From NCBI GenBank assembly GCA_965208325.1, contig OZ242326.1, forward strand, positions 1,056,001 through 1,120,000: a stretch of DNA of 64,000 bases. The letters are read 5' to 3'. Positions 11,422 to 19,246 of the stretch are shown in pieces (the stretch's first letter is position 1; each line of letters begins with the position of its first letter). A program made the translations under genes and the position numbers. A model generated the notes under the pieces. It was not told where the DNA came from. It was given only the letters and a program-made list of their open reading frames with translations, and did not search any database. The DNA is from Candidatus Poribacteria bacterium (GTDB lineage Bacteria; Poribacteria; WGA-4E; PCPOR2b).

Positions 11422-12168
11422 TCATCCATGGACTGCATCTGCGAATCTCTTCATTAACGAGAAGGAGTTTTGCTGTTCAATGACGTTTCCTGTCACAATA
11501 AAGTCCGCCCCGGCGTTTACCTTTGCAACAGCCAACTCCGGCGTCGTGATTCCTCCGCCCACTATGATAGGAATAGTAACGTGTTTGCGAACGGCGCCGA
11601 TTAATTCCTCCGGAACGGGTATTCTTGCGCCGCTGCCCGCCTCAAGATAGATGAACTTCATACCGAGATACTCCGCAGCAAGCGCGTGCGCCCACGCAAT
11701 GTCCAATTTATCACGCGGAAGCGGGGCAGTCCCGCTCATAACTTCAACCGACGTAGCAGTACCACCGTCAATAAGCATATACCCTGTGGATATCGCCTCT
11801 ATACCGCAACGGTGAATTAATGGCGCCGCTTTGACCTGCTCGCCGATTAGAAAATTGGCATTCCGGCCGCTGATTAGGCTTAGGTATAATATGGCATCGG
11901 CATGCTGGGATAGGTGCATAGAGTCCCCGGGGAACACAATGACCGGTAAAGACGTCTCGTCCTTCAAGGCTTTTGCAAACGGGTTGAGGTCATTTGTCAA
12001 GAGGCTGCTCCCCAGCAACAGTGCATCAACTCCTGCTTCTTCCGCTTGATGCGCAACATGCATGCAATCGGCGATGGAATGCCGATCGGGGTCTAAGAGC
12101 ACAATGTAGCCTGCTCTGCATCTTGACAGAACATTCAGTAGGTAATCTAAGGTTGAACCTGATTTCAT
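11422..12168 (-). CDS. Geranylgeranylglyceryl phosphate (GGGP) synthase, group II-like
   Basis: LLDPD, FPG, YLSLISGRN, GYMLIDGG, YLEAGSGA and IIVGGGI motifs of the PcrB/GGGPS TIM-barrel family. Confidence 0.92.
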   Translation of the reverse strand: MKSGSTLDYLLNVLSRCRAGYIVLLDPDRHSIADCMHVAHQAEEAGVDALLLGSSLLTNDLNPFAKALKDETSLPVIVFPGDSMHLSQHADAILYLSLISGRNANFLIGEQVKAAPLIHRCGIEAISTGYMLIDGGTATSVEVMSGTAPLPRDKLDIAWAHALAAEYLGMKFIYLEAGSGARIPVPEELIGAVRKHVTIPIIVGGGITTPELAVAKVNAGADFIVTGNVIEQQNSFSLMKRFADAVHG

Positions 12169-12246
12169 GGGGTTAGGTGTTTGGAGATTCGTTTTTTCAA
12201 ATCTGCTCTCGCCGCCATTGAATCTGATGGAATTAGACCGATTGCG

Positions 12247-13440
12247 TCAGAGCCATCCGGAGCGTATGAGATGTCTCAATTCCAGTAGCAAGCGTGGTTG
12301 GTGCATCAACACCGTCTTAAAAATCTGCATCATGTTGACCTTGTCAGGCGGCATCTTTGACACCACCTCCGCACACTTGTCAAAAAGGTCATCACTGAAC
12401 TTAAGCACACCATCTCGTATTCGGCAGACGTGCTTGAAATTACTGCCAATTTCCTTGTCCCACCGGTTTTGATAAGCGCTCAAAATCTTTGCGGACACAT
12501 CTCCAATTCGGATAGCATCGACCGCCGCGTCGGCGGCAAATTGTCCCGAATACATTGCGTTTGCGACCCCGCCGCCAGAAATAGGATCGCTATGGTGCGC
12601 CGCATCGCCAATCAGCATAATCCCGTCACCCACAATCTTGGGCAGACTATTCCCTACCGGCACACAACCGACGACCTGCGCAAGAATTTTTCCGTGCGGA
12701 AATTTTCGTTTGACGAATTCATTTAGATAGTCGATGGCGAGCTTCCCGCCCTTACCGGAGATTGTCCCGCCGATTCCGATGCCGACATTCGCAATGTCAT
12801 CTCCTTTAGGGAAAACCCAGGCATAGCCTCGCGGCGCAAGCTCGCGGCCAAGGTAAAAATCGCAGAAATCGGGGATAATGCCAATCTTAGAAATTAAGTA
12901 TTGGGCGCAAATGTCCACGTCACGTAAATCGTGTGTGCTATCTATGCCCGCCCACCGCGCCACCTGCGATTCAATTCCGTCGGCAGCGATGACGACCTTC
13001 GCCTTACATGAGTAGTCACGTCCGAAATAACGGAATACCACCCCGTTGACGAAACCGCCATCTGACTTGGAAACGGTCGTCGCCCGTGCTTTAACGATAA
13101 TTTCGGCACCCGCATCCGCCGCCATTTCCGCCAAGACTCGATCGAAAACCTTGCGTTCTAAAACATAACCGGCGCCCGGAAAATGGATTGTGGCGGCGGT
13201 TTCGTTGGGAGAAAAGATTCGAGCGCCGTTAATTTCGCGCGAAACCCACGCCGGATCGGGCTGAATAAACTCGCACAGCGACGCTGTACCAATCCCCTCC
13301 GCTCAACGCACCGGCGCGCCAATTTCCTGACGTTTTTCCAACAACAAGACACGCAAGCTATTTTCTGCGGCAACCTTAGCGGCAATTGCACCCCCAGGGC
13401 CGGCACCGACAACAATGACATCATAGTCCGAGTGAACCAT
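12247..13440 (-). CDS. Geranylgeranyl reductase (digeranylgeranylglycerophospholipid reductase-like), candidate selenoprotein with in-frame TGA at codon 46
   Basis: One frame from ATG 13440 reads [17 protein letters not shown]...[16 protein letters not shown]...[17 protein letters not shown] and joins the ORF-track 295-aa fragment ([21 protein letters not shown]). TGA at 13305-13303; 397 codons in total. Confidence 0.9.
13273..13289 (-). promoter_or_regulatory. Candidate bacterial SECIS hairpin
   Basis: GUACAGC-GUC-GCUGUGC starts 13 nt after the UGA, with the apical-loop G at +21 followed by U. Confidence 0.6.
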
Positions 13441-13658
13441 CAAAAAAGTCCCCGTCCTTCGTACGCTGGGTAATACACCTTACCGTTTCGTTCTAATGCA
13501 AGCACGCCTACCGGGCAACCTTTGATGCATCGCGCACAGTCGGTGCACTTGGGCTGGTCTATTTTCAGATAGATATCAACGAGATCAATGATGTTCTCAG
13601 GACAGACGGCAACACAAGCCCCACAATAACTACAAAGTTCTTCGTCTATAAGAATCAT
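13440..13658 (-). CDS. 2[4Fe-4S] ferredoxin
   Basis: [12 protein letters not shown] and [12 protein letters not shown]; its stop overlaps the reductase start (TGATG). Confidence 0.92.
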   Translation of the reverse strand: MILIDEELCSYCGACVAVCPENIIDLVDIYLKIDQPKCTDCARCIKGCPVGVLALERNGKVYYPAYEGRGLF

Positions 13659-13769
13659 CGCATGCCTTTCCCGCTTGAGAACGTAATTTCTACAGTGCGA
13701 GTTTCCTAATATTTGGATTCATTTAACGGTTAATGGTCAACTATTTTTCTTATGATTTTGGTATCGAAG

Positions 13770-14591
13770 TTAATTTACCGATTGAAACTGCCGCCGTCGG
13801 ACGTGTTCAAACAGTATTATTCCAGCGGCGACCGCAACGTTCAACGAGGATTGGCCAGGCGCCATAGGAATCTTGACAAGGTTGGTGCAAAGTTGGAGAA
13901 TTTCTTCCCTGATTCCTTCGTTTTCATTTCCCACCACAATCGCCAAGGGGGTACTAAGTTCCAAATCATACAGGCTCGTGTTCGCCTTGGCGGTGGCACC
14001 GAGAATCTCAAATTCAGCCGAAATCAACTGAGGAAAATAATCTTCCGGTGACTCGCAAAATGCCAGTGAACTGCGCCCAACAGCTCCTCTAGCAGCCCGG
14101 ACACAGTTCTTATGGAAGGGGTTTGCGCCTTCTCCGATGAACACGACGGAATCAACTGCCGCCGCTTCAGCGGTGCGCAGCACCATGCCAAGGTTATCCG
14201 GATTGGTGACACTATCGGCGATTAACAGCGTACTCTCAGCCGGCAGGTGAAGATCTGCCGCGTTCTGGTAATTCATCCAAACCGATGCGATCACGGCTGG
14301 AACCGGTCTCGTGCTGGTAATGGTCCCCATTAGTCCGGCGCTAAGCATAAATGGGGCGAATTTTGCTGCGGCGGAATTATTCAGTAATGCAACCCCCCGC
14401 TCATTCGCCAACAGGTCGGGAGTATAAAGGATTTTGTCAACCGGTAACCTGTCATGAACAGCACGATCGACGAGCGTAACGCCTTCGACCACAAATCTGG
14501 ACGCCTTCATTCTCCCGTTTAGTGAGCTAAGTTTGCGAAATTCAGAGATGATAGGATGCTTTTTACTGTTTATAACCGCTCGGTTCGCCAC
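13770..14591 (-). CDS. TrmH/SpoU family RNA methyltransferase
   Basis: NPDNLGMVLRTA, VGNENEG and IPMAPGQSSLNVAVA SPOUT motifs. Confidence 0.9.
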   Translation of the reverse strand: MANRAVINSKKHPIISEFRKLSSLNGRMKASRFVVEGVTLVDRAVHDRLPVDKILYTPDLLANERGVALLNNSAAAKFAPFMLSAGLMGTITSTRPVPAVIASVWMNYQNAADLHLPAESTLLIADSVTNPDNLGMVLRTAEAAAVDSVVFIGEGANPFHKNCVRAARGAVGRSSLAFCESPEDYFPQLISAEFEILGATAKANTSLYDLELSTPLAIVVGNENEGIREEILQLCTNLVKIPMAPGQSSLNVAVAAGIILFEHVRRRQFQSVN

Positions 14592-14597
14592 TTTTGC

Positions 14598-15446
14598 CTA
14601 TGGGGAGGATCCAAGGTAGATTGCCCCCAATCCAATGAAAATGTCCCACTTCATCCATTTTTGAATCTGTGCGCTGTTGGCTCTGGAATCATTCCGCCAA
14701 AGCCGATAGCCTAGATATATTAATACCAAATCCACACCTACGATAACGGTTAAAAGATAATGCCACGAATACCAATTCAGAAAATATGGAATCGGACTGA
14801 ACAATATAACCGCGGCGATAAAGATGAGTGCAATCAGCACGGCAACCCGTTTTCCCCAAACTACAGGAATTGTACGCGCATCGTGCCGGACATCACCCTC
14901 CGTGTCCTCAATGTCTTTAATTATCTCTCTTGCGGTGGTAAACAGTAGCGCAAATACCGCCGGAACGAACGTACCGGAAACAGTCCGCACCGAGGTTCCT
15001 CCTACAATGAAAGTTAAGCCTGTCAGTACCCCAACTAGGAGATTACCGAATAACGGTGTTTGTTTCAAGCAGAACGCGTACAAGACAAGACAACCGGACA
15101 CGGTGACGGTAATTGCCGCAGTATGCAGGTTAACTGTAAACCCAAACAAGATTCCCAGTCCCATCAATGTTATAGAAAACACCATAGCGCCTTGTCGGGA
15201 AATCCTTGCGGACGGAATCGGACGATCGGGTTTGTTAATCCGATCTATCTCGTAGTCACAATAGTCGTTGAGCGCATTGCCCGCCGATAGGAGCAGAAAC
15301 GCCGAACTCGCTGCCAACAACACATTGATATTAGTTACGACGACCCATTCCCCCAACCCGACTGCAAACATCGCTCCGAGATAGACAGAGAAAAAAGCGA
15401 TCAATCCGTTTATTGGACGTGAAAGTTGAAGATAAGCTGTAATCAT
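14598..15446 (-). CDS. Digeranylgeranylglyceryl phosphate (DGGGP) synthase-like UbiA prenyltransferase
   Basis: RPIN, NDYCDYEIDRINKPDRPIPS and AREIIKDIEDTEGD motifs as in archaeal DGGGPS; multiple TM helices. Confidence 0.82.
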   Translation of the reverse strand: MITAYLQLSRPINGLIAFFSVYLGAMFAVGLGEWVVVTNINVLLAASSAFLLLSAGNALNDYCDYEIDRINKPDRPIPSARISRQGAMVFSITLMGLGILFGFTVNLHTAAITVTVSGCLVLYAFCLKQTPLFGNLLVGVLTGLTFIVGGTSVRTVSGTFVPAVFALLFTTAREIIKDIEDTEGDVRHDARTIPVVWGKRVAVLIALIFIAAVILFSPIPYFLNWYSWHYLLTVIVGVDLVLIYLGYRLWRNDSRANSAQIQKWMKWDIFIGLGAIYLGSSP

Positions 15447-15474
15447 TAGGGCAACAGTTTAATGCGTTGGATTG

Positions 15475-16542
15475 TTACGCTTCGCGGCCCGGATATGTGA
15501 TGCCGAATCTAACGGAATAATACCAGCGAACGAAAATTAGGCTTCCAGCGAGCAAAATTATGTAAAATGGGGCTAAAACACAAGCGATAAGTGAAAGAAT
15601 GAGTATACCTGCCCGTGCCGCGAAGATAATAACCCTTCGTTCTCTCCTGAAGTTCATATAAATGAAAGGCGGTAAACAGAGTAATGCGGTAAATAATGGT
15701 ATCATATCTTTGACCCACCATGCGGCCAAAATTGCGCCCACCAATAGCACCAAGCTCAACAAGCAGGATAGCTTGGCGCCTAATATTACGCCGGTCGTAC
15801 GATCTCCGAACTCACTGTCGCCGTTCAAATCCGGGAGCGTCGTGTTGACAAAGGCTGCCCCCACACACAAGGCATAAGGGATTATCCGCCGCAAGGCTTC
15901 GCCGTTCATCGGCGCTGCTAACCCCCAGCCGATTAAAAATGCGATGCCGCCATAGCCGGCGGCGTTGGCTAGAAGGTCGAGGAAGGGTCTCCCTTTTAAT
16001 CGAACTGGACGAATGGAATAAACGACGCCAAGTAAGATTGAAAGCCCAATTAGGACGAGATAGCTCAGGTTGTTTCTAAACCAGAAACCTGCCCAAACCA
16101 CGGCAGAAACAAGTAACATGCCGGCTTCCAACACAAGCAGCCGAATTTTCACATGTCCCTGCGCAACGAGAAAGAGTTTGTTGTTTGCTGCGTCTGTTTC
16201 TTTGTCACAGATTTGGTTGATGATGTAAATTGCCCCCATCAGCATAGAGTACAAACAGAGGGTACCCAGCAACTCATGATTGGGACGAACCAAAATATTA
16301 AATTTCGGCAGAAATGCGAGCTGTACTGCCCTCAATCCTTCGTATGTAGAAGTGTCAGACAATGCGCCATAATAGCCAAGCAACACAAGGGTCCAAACCG
16401 GCAGCAGCAGTGTTGGACGAAGGACAATTATATAATCCAAAAGATGTATCGCGCTGCGTTTCGTGGGTTGCAGCTTAGTTTGAGTGAGTGAATTTCCCAT
16501 TCCAAATCCGACTGCGCCTGAGATGCCGCGTCCACAATACAT
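15475..16542 (-). CDS. Second UbiA-family prenyltransferase, substrate unknown
   Basis: LRP, NQICDKETDAANNK, YSIRPVRLKGRP and LPDLNGD motifs; about 8-9 TM helices; alternative start ATG 16500. Confidence 0.8.
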   Translation of the reverse strand: MYCGRGISGAVGFGMGNSLTQTKLQPTKRSAIHLLDYIIVLRPTLLLPVWTLVLLGYYGALSDTSTYEGLRAVQLAFLPKFNILVRPNHELLGTLCLYSMLMGAIYIINQICDKETDAANNKLFLVAQGHVKIRLLVLEAGMLLVSAVVWAGFWFRNNLSYLVLIGLSILLGVVYSIRPVRLKGRPFLDLLANAAGYGGIAFLIGWGLAAPMNGEALRRIIPYALCVGAAFVNTTLPDLNGDSEFGDRTTGVILGAKLSCLLSLVLLVGAILAAWWVKDMIPLFTALLCLPPFIYMNFRRERRVIIFAARAGILILSLIACVLAPFYIILLAGSLIFVRWYYSVRFGITYPGREA

Positions 16543-16564
16543 GGGAATTCTTGCGTATGACGCA

Positions 16565-17401
16565 TCACGCGTAACGTAGTACGTTTAAGTATGCAAAACG
16601 ATTGATGAGTCTGTTTTTTAAGCACTCAAATTTAAAACGGCGTCTTCCCAATAAACCGAGTTTTCCCTGGAAAGATCGAAAGGTGTCACATCGATAGATT
16701 CCCATCCGCGGGAAACGGTACATCGCTTCAAGTGATAACTCCCGGACTGGATCCAAGCTAAACGCGATGCGGTATCCGGCAGATTTCACCAAATCCAATG
16801 TCTCCGCATTCACACTTCCATACGGATATGCGAAACTCCGAACGGGGCGGCCTAGAATATGCTCGAGCCGGTATTTAGATTCCTCGAGCTCTGCGTTTGC
16901 CTCGACCCGGCTGCAATGCGTTAAGAAGCGGTGGTGCAATCCGTGGGACCCAAACCCAATCCCATTTTGGACGAGTGATTTAATTTGGCTTTCGCTTAGA
17001 TGTTTAGGGCGTTTTAAACTGCGCTGCACATCCCACTCATTTAACCGTCCAATGTATGCCGCAATCATAAATACAGTTGCCGTTAAGCCGTATTTTTTCA
17101 GGATCGGGTAGGCGAAATTATAGAAGCTTTCATAGCCGTCATCGAAGGTAATGAGGATTGGATTACATGGCAATGCGGAATGAGATGAGATGAAATGAAT
17201 TAAGCTATCCGGGGTGATAGCGGTATACCCCTGCGCCGCAATAAATCGCATCTGGGACTCAAAAGTTTGCGGAGAAATAGAGTTTACCCCAAGTTCGAAT
17301 TCAACGTCCACTTGATGATAAGCCAGAACAGGAATACACCATTTCATTGGGAGGGGAGTTAGGTGTTTTGAAACTTTTCTACGACCCAGTCGATTCCTCA
17401 T
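16565..17401 (-). CDS. Polysaccharide deacetylase (CE4/NodB-like)
   Basis: PVLAYHQ, ITFDDGY, GSHGLHH and FAYPYG; start may be ATG 17347. Confidence 0.88.
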   Translation of the reverse strand: MRNRLGRRKVSKHLTPLPMKWCIPVLAYHQVDVEFELGVNSISPQTFESQMRFIAAQGYTAITPDSLIHFISSHSALPCNPILITFDDGYESFYNFAYPILKKYGLTATVFMIAAYIGRLNEWDVQRSLKRPKHLSESQIKSLVQNGIGFGSHGLHHRFLTHCSRVEANAELEESKYRLEHILGRPVRSFAYPYGSVNAETLDLVKSAGYRIAFSLDPVRELSLEAMYRFPRMGIYRCDTFRSFQGKLGLLGRRRFKFECLKNRLINRFAYLNVLRYA

Positions 17402-18455
17402 TAATTCGGCGGCATTTATCTTCTAACTCAAGCACTCGCTGCTGTAGCCGGGAGAACTCTTGCAACATAGCGGGTAGTTTGCGGAGAGAGGCTTGGATAC
17501 GTAATTGCTGAGCGTGCGGCCGCGCCGGGAAGCCGGACACATAACTTCCCGCCGGTGTATCTTTTGTAACGGCGGATTTTGCAAAGATAATGTTCCCTTC
17601 GCTTATTGTGAGATGCCCTGCGACCCCTGATTGCCCCGCCATCGTTACCCTGTCTTTGAGTTCGCTGCTGCCTGCGATTCCTGATTGGGCAGCGATACAA
17701 CAATCTTCACCAATTATGACATTGTGAGCAACCTGCACCAGATTGTCGATTTTGGTGCCGCGCTTGATTATTGTCGCCCCATTCGTCATCGTAGCGCGGT
17801 CTATTGTCGAATTGGCGCCAATTTCGACATCGTCCTCAATGATTACTGTGCCAACCTGTGGAATCTTGTAGTACCGATCGCTGACAGCGGCAAAACCAAA
17901 TCCATCGCTGCCAATTACCGCTCTACTGTGAATAATGACACGATTTCCAACCTTGACCGCGTCGTAAATGGTGACACCGGGATAGAAGAGCACATCACTT
18001 CCAATCTCGACGTCATCTCCGATATACACGAATGGGTTGATAACCGCACCATTGCCAATTTTGACGTTATCGCCGACGACGGCAAAGGCTTGGATTGAAA
18101 CCTGCTCCCCAATCTGGGCGTTTTTGCCGATGATTGCAGTTTCATGGATGCCGTACTCGGTTTCCCGTTTTGGCCATGCAAACATCTCCATCACTTTGAC
18201 GAAAGCAAAATACGGATTATCAGCACGGATCGTCGGCTTGCCATTTTCTCCATTCGTCGGAATAAAGTCCTTGCCGATGATAACTGCGGAAGCCTGTGTG
18301 TGCTCTATTTCCCCCCGATACTTGGCGTTTGCGACAAAGGTAATTTCGTGCTCTTGCGCCTCCTTAATACCCGAAACGCCCCGAATTTCAATCTCGCCGT
18401 CGCCGCACAACTCTCCACCGATTAACTCACAGACTTCCTTCAACTTCTTTACCAT
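17379..18455 (-). CDS. lpxD: UDP-3-O-acyl-glucosamine N-acyltransferase LpxD
   Basis: Hexapeptide repeats, IGSDGFGF, KIPQVG, TIDRA and KIDNLVQVAHN. Confidence 0.95.
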   Translation of the reverse strand: MVKKLKEVCELIGGELCGDGEIEIRGVSGIKEAQEHEITFVANAKYRGEIEHTQASAVIIGKDFIPTNGENGKPTIRADNPYFAFVKVMEMFAWPKRETEYGIHETAIIGKNAQIGEQVSIQAFAVVGDNVKIGNGAVINPFVYIGDDVEIGSDVLFYPGVTIYDAVKVGNRVIIHSRAVIGSDGFGFAAVSDRYYKIPQVGTVIIEDDVEIGANSTIDRATMTNGATIIKRGTKIDNLVQVAHNVIIGEDCCIAAQSGIAGSSELKDRVTMAGQSGVAGHLTISEGNIIFAKSAVTKDTPAGSYVSGFPARPHAQQLRIQASLRKLPAMLQEFSRLQQRVLELEDKCRRINEESTGS

Positions 18456-18593
18456 CGTTCTCCGAGTTGACGATTGCTGCGCATCAACCCTGCTCCCTTA
18501 TGCTGCTCTTATTTGACGCCCGGCCGTCTGCGAACGCACAACCCGCCAATAGCCTACTCCACTGTACATTGAAAACCGTACATGTGCCAGCAG

Positions 18594-19187
18594 CTACTCA
18601 TCTTTATTGGCGCCAGTTGCTGCAGCGGGTTTTTCATCCTCAGCAGTGGCTTCTTGTTCGTATTCTGTATTCAATATCTCAATAATGTTATTCGTTAAAT
18701 CGTGCTTCGGGTCAACATACAGCGTCACAAGGCGTTTTTCGAGGATTATACTATAATTTTCGTTCGTACCAATCTGTTGAATTAACGCTTGAATCTCATT
18801 CAAAATGGGCTGGAACAGTTCCGTCTGTTTTTCCTGTAGCGCGCCTTGGCCGACCTCCAGCTCACGCTGAAACTCCTGCTTTTTCCGCAGAATGTCACCC
18901 TCTAAAGTCTGTGTGGCCGATTCATCAAGGAAAAGTTTTTGCTTGGTCAGACTGTCCTCCATGTCTACGATTTCTTCCCTAAGTGCTTCCAGTTTATCGC
19001 TAAGCCGCTTTTCTGCGGATTTCAGAACATTTATCGCTTGCTCAGCTTTTTTGTAACTTTCAAACACACCTTGGGTGTCCACAACGCCGATTTTGAAATT
19101 GCTTTGCGCCAATGCACAAAGGTGGAGAAGAAACAACCCCGATGAAACGATGCTTAAAGGTAAATATAATTTCCGGTTGCGTATCAT
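18594..19187 (-). CDS. skp: Periplasmic chaperone Skp/OmpH
   Basis: Signal peptide, KIGVVD, coiled coil, DLT near the C-terminus; lies between bamA and lpxD. Confidence 0.88.
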   Translation of the reverse strand: MIRNRKLYLPLSIVSSGLFLLHLCALAQSNFKIGVVDTQGVFESYKKAEQAINVLKSAEKRLSDKLEALREEIVDMEDSLTKQKLFLDESATQTLEGDILRKKQEFQRELEVGQGALQEKQTELFQPILNEIQALIQQIGTNENYSIILEKRLVTLYVDPKHDLTNNIIEILNTEYEQEATAEDEKPAAATGANKDE

Positions 19188-19246
19188 GCTTTCATCCTTG
19201 TTAGAGTATGTGAACCTTCCGGTAATTGCAGTTCACCCGAAGGCAA

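Noticed and set aside
13303..13305. Genome-wide UGA reassignment (code 4 or 25)
   Set aside because: Many genes here end in TGA, and prfB with its UGA autoregulatory site is present.
13158..13424. 88-aa ORF, or a frameshifted GGR pseudogene
   Set aside because: The 88-aa ORF is an off-frame shadow. The GGR N- and C-parts are in the same frame (13440 to 13134 is 102 codons), separated only by one TGA. A simple nonsense mutation cannot be fully excluded.
13770..14591. Lipid methyltransferase in the ether-lipid cluster
   Set aside because: The motifs are those of an ordinary SPOUT RNA methyltransferase; nothing in the sequence suggests a lipid substrate.
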